DNA from: Nitrospirae bacterium MYbin3
Lineage (GTDB): Bacteria > Nitrospirota > Thermodesulfovibrionia > Thermodesulfovibrionales > Dissulfurispiraceae
Direction of reading: 5' to 3'
Assembly: GCA_002753335.1 (NCBI GenBank)
Contig: PEAD01000004.1
Span: forward strand, 1-64,000
DNA: 64,000 nucleotides
A model generated the notes under the pieces. That model did not search any database. It was not told the origin of the DNA and was given only the letters and a program-made list of their open reading frames with translations. Below are positions 27,370 through 37,152 of this stretch, piece after piece. Position 1 is the stretch's first letter. Every line of letters begins with the position of its first letter. Both the position numbers and the translations under genes were made by a program.

Positions 27370-29288
27370 CGATGTCGGATCTGGTCTTTCTTGATTTTAA
27401 TAATGTAACCCCCTCTTTTCGTCCTGAGGATGTTGCTTATGTACACAGCGCTGAAAAGATTATTTGTCTTAGTCCTGCAGCCGATTATTGGGCAGATAGA
27501 CAGAAGCTGCGTTATGAAAGTGTTGATACATACCTCAACGCCGCTCAACTTAGAGATGCAGGCATAGAAAATTATGCTACGGTCGATGCCATCTGTAATA
27601 CTCTGGACAATATTCTCGTGACTGTCTGCGGGCTGAATAGAACCTTAGCTGAGGGCATTCCAGGCCCCGCATACAGTTTTTTTTATACTCTTAAAATTGT
27701 TTTTGACGCTATCATTATTCGGCATCACGCGTTGACAAATATTTTCAGGGACAGTGTTCCAGAAAGGATACATTATTTCTATGATGCACCTGAGGATTTG
27801 TCCACTCTTGAGGATGTCGTGTTTTGCAATACCCGATCCCTATATAGTGACCTATTGACGCGCTTTAGTTCCGATCTTAAAATGGCTATGCGTCGTGTTA
27901 GTGCATATCCGGTGAAAGCTCCTGTTCGTGGTTCTCACCCGCTCAGAGCTTTTACAAAGGCGTGGAAAGCAGGAAAATCATTATTGCGCCGAGCACCGAA
28001 ACTGTGCGCACGGGCTGCCGGCATGAATTTGCTGTTGCTTTCACCTCAAAATGATTGGGACGAAGCATTGCGGCAACTCACCAATCAGGGCGCGGCAAGG
28101 GTTTTTTATCTGTCGCCTTTTAGCGACAAGCCTCTGCTGTTTGATAGCTTTCCGTACTATGTTTCGCGTATATGGAAAAAAACAGGCCATGTGTCTTTGC
28201 AAAAGCATATGGATATTGCCCGCAAAGAAAAATTGTTGGCATCGATTAGAGAGCGGAGGGATTCTTTTCGGTTAGAGAATAGCCATTTCGAGTTGCTTCT
28301 ACCCTATCTGCTTGAGATTGCGCTTCGGGCGGAACGCCTATATGCTGAAGGCTACGAGAAGACCAAGGCTTTTCTTCAGCATTATGATATTGATGCCGTA
28401 CTTACTCTTTTTGTCGCCGAACCGGTAAACGTCATGCGCATACGCGCGGCGCGAGACTTGGGGATTCCGGTCGCGGTATTTCAACACGGCGGAGTGGGTT
28501 TTGACCGGCACCTTATGTATTATTGGGGTGAAAGAAGACTTGCGGATCATCTCTTTGTGTATGGCCCTGCGCTTAAGCCTTACTATGAAGGACTTGCCGG
28601 TTCACGTCAGCCTACTTACCACATTACCGGATCGCCGGTAATCGAGGACGTCGGGAAAGTTCAAACAAGTAACAGAAGTTTTTCGCGAAGCAGCAAAGTT
28701 TGTGTATATCTGCTGAATATTCTCGCCGGTAATACGCATTATCTGAGTCACAAGAATTATCAATCAGATATTTTTCTCTGGAGATTTCAGAAAGAGGTGG
28801 TGGATCTTTTTGCCAAACAAAAGGATTGGCGACTAATCATCAAACCCCATCCAGACAGGAAAATATACAACCCTCTCGAAGACCACCTTGCTGACAAAGG
28901 CATAACAAATGTCGCGATTGATTACGATCATCAGGCGGACGGGCTAATGCAGATGTCTGATTTGGTAATACTTGACTACCCTGCTACCAGCCTACTAAAG
29001 GCTATAGCCATGAAGAAGGAGATATTGGTCTTTTCCGGATATTTTACAGTTGAAGATTCTCTTGAAAAGAGACTCAGCGCCATGTTGCACGTTTCACGCT
29101 GCAAGGAAGAGTTTCTATCTATGCTGCGCCAATGTCTGGGTGCAGGGACCTCAAAGAAGAATGATCGTCTTTACGATGAGTTTCTTATAGATTATGCCAT
29201 CTGTTGCAATGACGGCAAAAGCGTTGCGCGTATAGTCGAATCTATCAAGCGGATACTTGCAGTAGCTCCGGAGGGTGTACATGCCTGA
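27366..29288 (+). CDS. Large hypothetical protein with C-terminal GT-B-like (sialyltransferase/TagF-like) domain
   Basis: FQHGG, IIKPHP, DLVILDYPATSLLKAIAMKK motifs. Confidence 0.55.
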   Translation: MTMSDLVFLDFNNVTPSFRPEDVAYVHSAEKIICLSPAADYWADRQKLRYESVDTYLNAAQLRDAGIENYATVDAICNTLDNILVTVCGLNRTLAEGIPGPAYSFFYTLKIVFDAIIIRHHALTNIFRDSVPERIHYFYDAPEDLSTLEDVVFCNTRSLYSDLLTRFSSDLKMAMRRVSAYPVKAPVRGSHPLRAFTKAWKAGKSLLRRAPKLCARAAGMNLLLLSPQNDWDEALRQLTNQGAARVFYLSPFSDKPLLFDSFPYYVSRIWKKTGHVSLQKHMDIARKEKLLASIRERRDSFRLENSHFELLLPYLLEIALRAERLYAEGYEKTKAFLQHYDIDAVLTLFVAEPVNVMRIRAARDLGIPVAVFQHGGVGFDRHLMYYWGERRLADHLFVYGPALKPYYEGLAGSRQPTYHITGSPVIEDVGKVQTSNRSFSRSSKVCVYLLNILAGNTHYLSHKNYQSDIFLWRFQKEVVDLFAKQKDWRLIIKPHPDRKIYNPLEDHLADKGITNVAIDYDHQADGLMQMSDLVILDYPATSLLKAIAMKKEILVFSGYFTVEDSLEKRLSAMLHVSRCKEEFLSMLRQCLGAGTSKKNDRLYDEFLIDYAICCNDGKSVARIVESIKRILAVAPEGVHA

Positions 29289-30303
29289 AATCTATACGCC
29301 ACTGTCGAATTATTATGAAACAAACAGCCAACGCCGGAAGCAGGCTGCTGAGGGTGAGGTCTTGGCATGGGGTGAATCGTCCGAATTATTCGGAAAGTAC
29401 AGGGAAGAATGGAATCGTTCTGCAAATGAAAGCTATCTGCCGGCCCATCCGCTCCATGTGGATATTGAGTTGTCTGATGCCTGCAATCTTAGGTGCAGGA
29501 TGTGCGCTCATGGTATGGGTGCGGTAAAAAAATCCGGTTTGATGGATAGAGAGCTGGCGTTTAGCCTGATAGACCAGTGTAGTACGGTCGGGGTATATTC
29601 CATTAAGTTCAACTGGCGGGGAGAATCTACTTTGAATCCTTTTCTGCCCGATGCGGTTGCGTATGCCAAGGCAAAGGGCATTCTAGAGGTGCAGATAAAC
29701 ACCAACGGGCTTCCTCCTCGTCGTACTATGCTTGCAGAATGTGCAGAGAGCGGTATCGACAGGATCATCTTTTCGGTGGACGGTTTTTCTAAGGAGACCT
29801 ATGAATCGCAGCGCATAGGTGGTGTGTATGCGAATCTTGTAGAAAATATAAAAGATCTCCTTGCTTGGAGGAACTCTCGCAAGAGACAAAAGCCGTTGGT
29901 CAGACTCCAAATGGTGCGAACATTGCTCAACGCTCATGAAGTCGATGATTTTATAAATTACTGGCAGCCACTTGTAGATGACGTCCGGGTCAGTGACGTA
30001 ACCGATAGAGGGCAGGGGGACGGACTGTCCGTAGGAGACCAAATAACCATAGGACGCAGGCGTTGTCCGCAGCCTTTTCAGCGTCTTGTTATAGCACGGG
30101 ACGGTCGTGTTTCACCATGCTGTTCTGACTGGAACCAAGAGTTTGTGGCCGGCGATGTGGCACACGAAACGTTGCTGCAAATATGGCAGGGTGATCGCAT
30201 GCGTTATATAAGGGGCATTTTGGAACGAAACGAACACCATAAGATAGGCATCTGCAACAACTGCTGCGTAAAAGAAAGTTATATCTGGAAAAAACGTGAT
30301 TGA
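29281..30303 (+). CDS. Radical SAM protein with twitch/SPASM domain (paralogue 2)
   Basis: CNLRCRMC, NWRGE, INTNG; CPQPFQR...DGRVSPCC...CNNC; RBS GGAGGG favours ATG 29281. Confidence 0.88.
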   Translation: MPEIYTPLSNYYETNSQRRKQAAEGEVLAWGESSELFGKYREEWNRSANESYLPAHPLHVDIELSDACNLRCRMCAHGMGAVKKSGLMDRELAFSLIDQCSTVGVYSIKFNWRGESTLNPFLPDAVAYAKAKGILEVQINTNGLPPRRTMLAECAESGIDRIIFSVDGFSKETYESQRIGGVYANLVENIKDLLAWRNSRKRQKPLVRLQMVRTLLNAHEVDDFINYWQPLVDDVRVSDVTDRGQGDGLSVGDQITIGRRRCPQPFQRLVIARDGRVSPCCSDWNQEFVAGDVAHETLLQIWQGDRMRYIRGILERNEHHKIGICNNCCVKESYIWKKRD

Positions 30304-32113
30304 GATAATTGCCGAAATAGCCAACGCACATCAAGGCAATCCTGAAACTGCTCTCGAACTGGCGCGCGCAGCTGTTGCTTCAGGTGCAGACGCAGTGAAG
30401 TTCCAGATATATTTCGCCGGGGAGTTCTTGACCCTGAAGCATCCCCGCTACGAACATTTCAAACGTCAGGCCTTTTCCGAAGAGGTCTGGGAGACGCTTA
30501 TATGTGAAACAAAAAAGACGGGAGTCTCTGTATACGCAGACATTTTTGGTCTGCAAGCCTTGGCAGTGGCTATCAGTAACAATATTGACGGGTTCAAGGT
30601 GCACTCCTCCGACCTATCCAACACCAGACTTCTCAAGCGTCTTTCCGAGCAGAAAAGGAAGGTCTTCCTTGCAACAGGAGGGAGTACCTTACCCGAGATT
30701 AAATATGCTGTTGACTGCATAGTACCAAATGATAAGTCTGCAGAGGTCGTTCTGTTGCACGGCTTTCAGGCATATCCAACCATGGTTGAGGATTCTGTTC
30801 TTTCAAGACTGCGTACTCTTTCGGAATGTTTCGGTGACCGACATAAGATTGGATATTCAGATCATGTTGATGCAGATGATCGCTTCGCAGTTATTCTGCC
30901 TCTAATGGCAATCCCTTATGGTATTTCCTGTATCGAGAAGCATCTGACTTTTCACCGTGGGCACAAGGGTGTGGACTACTATTCATCGTTCGAACCGGCG
31001 GAGTTTGGAGAGTTTGTAGCTGACGTGCGGATTGCTGAGAAGGCTGTAGGAGAGAACCCGCTGTTATTTGCCGAATCCGAACGGCGGTATAGGGATACTG
31101 TGAAAAAGGCATGGGTGGCGGTCGGGGACATGAAACAGGGCGATCATATTTGCGACTCCGATATTCTGATGAAACGGACCTCCGAAGGTGTGCCGTCGGC
31201 ATTTTACGAAAATATTATAGGTAAGGAAATTAAGTTGCCGCTGGCTGCGGAAGATCAGATACTGGGCACTCATGTGTCCTCCAAGGTGCTTGCAATTATA
31301 GTCGCACGTATGAGTTCATCGCGCCTGAAAGGCAAGGCAACTATTGATATCAACGGCAAGCCGGCGATCTCTCATCTTTTTCAACGGGTACGGATATGCG
31401 TAGAAAAGGGCCTAATACATTCTGTGGCCTTTTGCACCACTCAGGACCCCTCTGATGGCGTACTGGCATCCATTGCTGAAGGCTTTGGTTTTAAGGTTTA
31501 CAAGGGGTCGCTTGAGAATGTACTTTCAAGGATGATGCTTGCTGTGGATGACCACCCCGACCACTCTCTGATTCTGCGTATTACAGGGGATGATCTTCTA
31601 ATGGACAGTGAGTATCTATTCAAGACTTTGGAATATCACCTGAAAATGAACGCTGACTATACCGATGCCAAACAACTTCCCTCAGGAGTTGAAGTGGAGG
31701 TCTTTAACTCTGCTGTACTGAAACTGATCAGCAGGTTCTCAAAAAATCCGGACGGCACCGAGTACCTGACGAATTATGTTCAAAACAACCGTGACCAATT
31801 TAATGTAGCTAGCCTTACTGTAGCCCCGAGGCATGCCAAGAATTTCCGTCTGACTCTTGATACAGAGGAGGACTATATTGTCATAAAGACCCTGCTTGCA
31901 CAGATGAAGGCGGAGGGGAAAGAATACACCTACACGCTCGACGACATCGTTGATTATTTCGAGAAGAATCCGCAGGCCATGGATGTCAATAGTCTTGTCC
32001 GGCAACGTTCCGCACCGCTAACCGTTAAGACTGATATCGATTGGGAGTCCTTCTGTAAGGCGGATATATGTAAGCTTCTTTATGGCAATACCGAGAACCC
32101 ACCGGACAGGTGA
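30296..32113 (+). CDS. NeuB-type synthase + SAF + SpsF/PseF-like cytidylyltransferase fusion
   Basis: AEIANAHQG, KFQ, GYSDH, EKH; then ARMSSSRLKGK, RITGD, RLTLDTEEDY. Confidence 0.85.
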   Translation: MIEIIAEIANAHQGNPETALELARAAVASGADAVKFQIYFAGEFLTLKHPRYEHFKRQAFSEEVWETLICETKKTGVSVYADIFGLQALAVAISNNIDGFKVHSSDLSNTRLLKRLSEQKRKVFLATGGSTLPEIKYAVDCIVPNDKSAEVVLLHGFQAYPTMVEDSVLSRLRTLSECFGDRHKIGYSDHVDADDRFAVILPLMAIPYGISCIEKHLTFHRGHKGVDYYSSFEPAEFGEFVADVRIAEKAVGENPLLFAESERRYRDTVKKAWVAVGDMKQGDHICDSDILMKRTSEGVPSAFYENIIGKEIKLPLAAEDQILGTHVSSKVLAIIVARMSSSRLKGKATIDINGKPAISHLFQRVRICVEKGLIHSVAFCTTQDPSDGVLASIAEGFGFKVYKGSLENVLSRMMLAVDDHPDHSLILRITGDDLLMDSEYLFKTLEYHLKMNADYTDAKQLPSGVEVEVFNSAVLKLISRFSKNPDGTEYLTNYVQNNRDQFNVASLTVAPRHAKNFRLTLDTEEDYIVIKTLLAQMKAEGKEYTYTLDDIVDYFEKNPQAMDVNSLVRQRSAPLTVKTDIDWESFCKADICKLLYGNTENPPDR

Positions 32114-32143
32114 GCAGTCTAAAAAAATATTGGAGGAACATTT

Positions 32144-32827
32144 ATGTTATTTATTGCTGAAATAGGTCTTAATCACAACGGGAACTTCAGTCTTGCATAT
32201 GAAATGATCAAACAGGCAAAGCAGGCGGGGGCTGATATCGCCAAATTCCAGTTGGGTTGGAGATGCAAGGAGGGAGAAATAAACAACATAACACCTGACA
32301 TCCTACGCAAACTTAAGCAGTGGTGCGACTTTTTTGAGATAGAGTTTATGGTTTCAATCATAACCCCAGAGGCTTACGAAATGGTGCGAGAAATAGATTT
32401 TAAGACCTACAAAATCGCATCCCGGACCCTGAAAGATGACTTACCGCTTGTGAAGCGTATCGTTGCCGAAGGGAAAGATACCATAGTATCTCTCGGCATG
32501 TGGGATGGCGCCAATTTGCCGTTCACAAATGATAACGTGAAGTATCTGTGGTGCAAATCCAAATATCCTACTGAACCGTGGGATTTGTTGGATTTTCCAA
32601 AGGACTTTCGGTCCGGCCGGTTTTCCGGATATAGTGATCATAGTATCGGAATAGAACTACCGCTTCTTGCGATTACCAGGGGCGCAAAGATAATCGAAAA
32701 ACATTTTACGCTCGACAAATCAGATACCACGATACGCGATCACGCACTAAGCGCAACGCCAGAGGAGTTTTCTACCATGGTGCGTCTAGGCAGGGATATA
32801 TTTAAAAAGATCCTATTGGGAATCTGA
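32144..32827 (+). CDS. Short NeuB-family synthase lacking the SAF domain
   Basis: [39 protein letters not shown]; only 227 aa. Confidence 0.85.
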   Translation: MLFIAEIGLNHNGNFSLAYEMIKQAKQAGADIAKFQLGWRCKEGEINNITPDILRKLKQWCDFFEIEFMVSIITPEAYEMVREIDFKTYKIASRTLKDDLPLVKRIVAEGKDTIVSLGMWDGANLPFTNDNVKYLWCKSKYPTEPWDLLDFPKDFRSGRFSGYSDHSIGIELPLLAITRGAKIIEKHFTLDKSDTTIRDHALSATPEEFSTMVRLGRDIFKKILLGI

Positions 32828-32948
32828 AAGAACAAGGTGTATCTCAAATCCAGTAACAGTCTGTTTTCTCCTGATCATGAACCGATTCGGAAACAAGCCT
32901 TGATTACTACATGCCTCATAAGAAAGTTAAATTAACAGAACCGGTATT

Positions 32949-34901
32949 ATGAAAAAAAATACGCTTATTTTGGCAGATAGGATCACTTTCCCAATATTCT
33001 GCCTCGTGCTGTTCAGTATTATTATGAAAAGGCCTATCAAGGTTCTTTGCGGAATTCTCCCGGCGCTTCGGTTGTCGCGATTATTTATTAACCACTGCCT
33101 AATGAGGGTCTGCGATATATCATTCGTCTATTATGACCACTTGGACCTTCACGGTAGCAACATACCTAAGGTGTTGATTGAGAGCTTCGGGGAACTAAAG
33201 GACAATATAAACGAGCGAAGTTTTCTTTTATGCGAGCAGATTTTCGAGCGGACAGTCGCGCCCTCTAGAACTTACCGGAATATTGCAGCCCTGTTCAACC
33301 ACGACAGACGGGTGAACAATCTTTTCCGCAAGGCGCTGTTGTTGCATTACTGCAAAATCTATACGAGTCTTATTGAATGCGGAAGTCTGGTTGCGGCCCA
33401 GGCAGACGGCGGTTTTGGCCGGGTGTATTTGCTTGGGTCTAGGGACTATTTTAATGCATGTAAATGTTATATAGAGACGTTTCGTCCCTTTTCGGTAGAT
33501 GTGCATTTGCCTTTTAAGCGGTATTTCCTTATCTGGAACTGGTTGCTGGGTCTGGCTTTATCACTTGCGGTACCTGTGTACGTTTTGTCGACAATCCTTC
33601 GACGTCTTTCCAAAACTGCTAATATAAGCCCGGTAGCAAAGCCCATCTGGCTTTCGACAGGCATTAATTATACTTTTCTGACAAATTTTTTTAGTGAAAC
33701 TTCAGATGTTTATCGCAGCGCCTTTCATGTAAAGGACGCACTGTTTCTGCTTGAAGGCTCGGACAGCGGACAGATGTTGCGTTATTCCTCTGAGCGCGCC
33801 GTAGAGATCGTTAATGTGAAAAACACTCCTCTGTCTTTAAATTATATTGTCAATAATGTGATAAGACCTGTTTATTGTGGAACCTTTTTCAGACAGTTTT
33901 TGCTATCCTTGAGCGGAGAGGGAAACCTACTATACTGGAGAATCATGTATAAAGCTGTTACTGACAAGATAAATTTCGAGACGCTTGCAAGAAGATATGG
34001 GGTGCGCATGTATCTGACTGCACGATTCAATGAAAACAATGCTGCTAAGGTCATGACCATTAATGCCTTTAAGGGGCAGGCGGTTGGTTTTCAGTTCGGG
34101 GATGTTGCTCACCCTTTGATGAACCTGTTTGTTAACGCGTATGCGAGTGTTAATCATTTTTTTATGTACGGTGATGGTCTCACTGAGTTTAAGAAATGCG
34201 GACATATTATCGACTCGTTTCATCCGGTGGGTCTCGACAGGATGGACGCTTTTTTTAGATTTAAAGAACAGGCAGGATTTTTGCGCCTAAAACATAATCC
34301 GGAGAAAGCTTTTGTGATTGTAGTATTTGGTCCTGCTTACAACGAAACACTGCCAAGACACCGTAATGTATTATCGTTTTATCATTCTGTCTTCGCAGCT
34401 TTTTTACAGGTGGTTGATCATAACGTTAAGTTCATAATAAAGGTACACAAAAAAAGCAGTATGGCGGACGGTGAAGCTGATTTTCCCGAACTTGCTACGT
34501 TAATAGAGCTTTTTCGCGATCACCCCAAAGTGCATTATTGTTATTATGAAAATCCTTACGAACTTTTGGCTATAGCCGATATGGTTATAACGTGGTCCTC
34601 TTCTACAACAGGGTTGGAGGCTATTGCAGCCGGCAAACCTACTGTGTTTGTAGATCCCATGAAGTCGCGTTATCTTATATACGGTTCATTCCATCCGTCG
34701 CTGGTTGTGAGCGGGAAGAAAGATCTACAGAGGCTTGTGGACATGACCATAAAAGGCGAATATCCGGTTTCTCCTGAAGTTTATGAACGGATATTGCGTC
34801 TTTATTGCGCTCCTAATGACGGCCAAGCATTTCAACGTATTCTCGATATACTTATTGATCTTGATGTACGGCAGTGGGCAAATACGGGAGATTTTAATTG
34901 A
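32949..34901 (+). CDS. Large hypothetical glycan-biosynthesis protein with C-terminal GT-B-like domain
   Basis: FIIKVH, ADMVITWSSSTTGLEAIAAGKP. Confidence 0.55.
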   Translation: MKKNTLILADRITFPIFCLVLFSIIMKRPIKVLCGILPALRLSRLFINHCLMRVCDISFVYYDHLDLHGSNIPKVLIESFGELKDNINERSFLLCEQIFERTVAPSRTYRNIAALFNHDRRVNNLFRKALLLHYCKIYTSLIECGSLVAAQADGGFGRVYLLGSRDYFNACKCYIETFRPFSVDVHLPFKRYFLIWNWLLGLALSLAVPVYVLSTILRRLSKTANISPVAKPIWLSTGINYTFLTNFFSETSDVYRSAFHVKDALFLLEGSDSGQMLRYSSERAVEIVNVKNTPLSLNYIVNNVIRPVYCGTFFRQFLLSLSGEGNLLYWRIMYKAVTDKINFETLARRYGVRMYLTARFNENNAAKVMTINAFKGQAVGFQFGDVAHPLMNLFVNAYASVNHFFMYGDGLTEFKKCGHIIDSFHPVGLDRMDAFFRFKEQAGFLRLKHNPEKAFVIVVFGPAYNETLPRHRNVLSFYHSVFAAFLQVVDHNVKFIIKVHKKSSMADGEADFPELATLIELFRDHPKVHYCYYENPYELLAIADMVITWSSSTTGLEAIAAGKPTVFVDPMKSRYLIYGSFHPSLVVSGKKDLQRLVDMTIKGEYPVSPEVYERILRLYCAPNDGQAFQRILDILIDLDVRQWANTGDFN

Positions 34902-35998
34902 AATTATTGGTGGCGGTTTCTTCGCCCGGACCTGCGGAGTCGTTGTCCCTTCTGGTCAAGGAGTTGCGAAGACGTGGTATCGAGACGGATCTCATAAATG
35001 TCTCCAACGATAATGGTGGGACTCTAAGATCCGACATTGTTTATCAAGGAGCACGCAGCATACTGAAGTCATCCGGGGTTGACTTTAAAGAAGCGGACAG
35101 TTTTGGTCCTCTTCCTGACTATTACAATGTATCGGTTGAATTTGCTGCAGGCCTTCTCGATCGCCTGCAGCCGGACAAGGTGCTTGTGGGAACCTATCGC
35201 GACCTAACGATGGAAAGGGTTACTCTTGAGGACGCCCTTATCGTTGCAGCGAGGATGGCCCGTATTCCTGTCTTTCAATTTGTCGATATGTGGGACAACT
35301 GGTTTCAGAAGAAAAAATTGTCTATAGAACCTGATGCTTTTTTAGTTCAAGATGGCATTACCGAGCGTCTGATTCGAAAACGCGGGGGGGGCTCGGGGAC
35401 TTATAATATTGTCGGCAACCCATCTTTAGAGTGGTTTATCAGGACACGAACTACTCGGCAGAAACGTCTTTCTAAGGAGTTGTTCGGATTGGAAGGCAGG
35501 CGTGTAATAGCCTATTTTGGACAGTGTGCTCCTGTAAACAATGAAATATCGCTCGGGTGGGCTATGGAGGCTCTTGGAGCAAGCGATGTGCTTATCTTTT
35601 GCAAGCATCCGCGTGATGAGAGAGAGCTTGCAATGCGGTACAGGAACGACTCGCGTATGATAGAATTGCCTGTTTCCAGCGACGATATTCTTGATGTGAC
35701 AGATATCTGTCTGACGCACACTTCTACAATGAGCATAAAAGCATCATTTTTGAAGATAAAAACCATCAATATTATTCCGGCCGGTGAATGTGATGAGCTT
35801 CTAAGCGAATGTGGCGGGTATCCCCTTTCCTTGATGGGTGGATCGATACTGGTGCGTAGTTCAGGAGAGTTGCACGAGGCTTTGGCATCCGAGACTTTTC
35901 ACTCTATAAACTTTGCTAGTTTTGTTGAAGAGACCAACACAGGTCATGCGATCGAGAAAATGACAGGGTTGCTTAGAACCCTATCTCATAATGCTTAG
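34898..35998 (+). CDS. Hypothetical GT-B-like protein
   Basis: DMWDNW, VGNP, CKHPRD, THTSTMSIKA. Confidence 0.5.
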   Translation: MKLLVAVSSPGPAESLSLLVKELRRRGIETDLINVSNDNGGTLRSDIVYQGARSILKSSGVDFKEADSFGPLPDYYNVSVEFAAGLLDRLQPDKVLVGTYRDLTMERVTLEDALIVAARMARIPVFQFVDMWDNWFQKKKLSIEPDAFLVQDGITERLIRKRGGGSGTYNIVGNPSLEWFIRTRTTRQKRLSKELFGLEGRRVIAYFGQCAPVNNEISLGWAMEALGASDVLIFCKHPRDERELAMRYRNDSRMIELPVSSDDILDVTDICLTHTSTMSIKASFLKIKTINIIPAGECDELLSECGGYPLSLMGGSILVRSSGELHEALASETFHSINFASFVEETNTGHAIEKMTGLLRTLSHNA

Positions 35999-36001
35999 AA
36001 A

Positions 36002-37081
36002 ATGGAGGAAAAAATGAAAGCATGCAAGGAAATCAAACACTCAACGCCTTCCGCAGATTGGCTGGGTGACGACTTAAAGAGTTGGTCGCAAAGCATTCGT
36101 AACGGATTTGTGCGCGCGCACCTTTTGTTTGCGCTGCATGAAACCGGGGTATTCGAACTTTTGCGCACAAGCAAGCCGCTGACAGTATCGCAAATAGCCC
36201 AGAGATGTTCTCTCGACGCGGCAATACTTGAGGGGGTTCTTAACTTTATGTACCATTCCGACAAGGTGCTGACAAAGGAAGGCAAGCGTTTTTCTCTAAC
36301 GCAACAAGGTCTCGACTGGTTGTTCACCGATACAGTCCTGACCATGTCATATGGGCTGGTAGGCGCGGCCTCCTGCATATATATCGAGTTGGTTCCGGTC
36401 TTGCGTAAGGAGAAAACCTATGGTGTTGATTTTGTCCGGAGGGGAGATCTGGTTGCCAAGGGAAGTTACTATACGAGTTCACAGAACTACCCGTGGATTA
36501 TCGATGAAATGAAAAAATTGGGAGTCAAGGTTGTCGCAGATATGGGGTGCGGTGCGGCAAAGATACTAATTGATTTCTGCACATTGGATGGTGATATTAA
36601 AGGGGTCGGCCTCGATATTTCAGGGGAGGCATTGCAGGAGGCGGCTGGCAATATAGAGAAGCAGGGGTTATCCGACAGGATAAGTCTGGTGGAGGCGGAC
36701 ATTTCTAAACCTAAGACTTATGCTCGCCGTTTGAAAGATGTGCAGGCGTTTAATGCTATCATGGTGCTGCATGAGTTTTTTCGCAACGGTGAAGATGCCG
36801 TCATAAAGCTTTTGCAGGATCTCAGAACTTATTTTCCCGGTCGCTACCTTTTCTTGGGAGAGCTGAATCCCTTAACAGACGATGAGTATCAGGAAACTCC
36901 CCGGCCGGACAGGATTCATATCCTGTGCAACCAGTATATCACTCACTACATAACCGGAGGCAGGCCGCTGCTGACCAGAAAACAGGAGTGGCTCAGGATA
37001 TTTAGAAAGGCTGGCATAAAGGTTGTAAAGGTAAAGGACGATTTCGGATCTCGGCTGGTAGAGTATGTGTTGCAGTTATAA
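36002..37081 (+). CDS. Class I methyltransferase with N-terminal dimerisation domain, MppJ/MrsA-like
   Basis: N-term wHTH/dimerisation region, VADMGCG, GLDIS, MVLHEF, LRTYFPG..LFLGE, YITHY, EW.RIF.KAG. Confidence 0.75.
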   Translation: MEEKMKACKEIKHSTPSADWLGDDLKSWSQSIRNGFVRAHLLFALHETGVFELLRTSKPLTVSQIAQRCSLDAAILEGVLNFMYHSDKVLTKEGKRFSLTQQGLDWLFTDTVLTMSYGLVGAASCIYIELVPVLRKEKTYGVDFVRRGDLVAKGSYYTSSQNYPWIIDEMKKLGVKVVADMGCGAAKILIDFCTLDGDIKGVGLDISGEALQEAAGNIEKQGLSDRISLVEADISKPKTYARRLKDVQAFNAIMVLHEFFRNGEDAVIKLLQDLRTYFPGRYLFLGELNPLTDDEYQETPRPDRIHILCNQYITHYITGGRPLLTRKQEWLRIFRKAGIKVVKVKDDFGSRLVEYVLQL

Positions 37082-37152
37082 TTATATCGCGTATATCTAT
37101 AGGACTGATTACGGTCCAGCTTATATTCGGGTTTCGTTAGCGATAAATAGCA

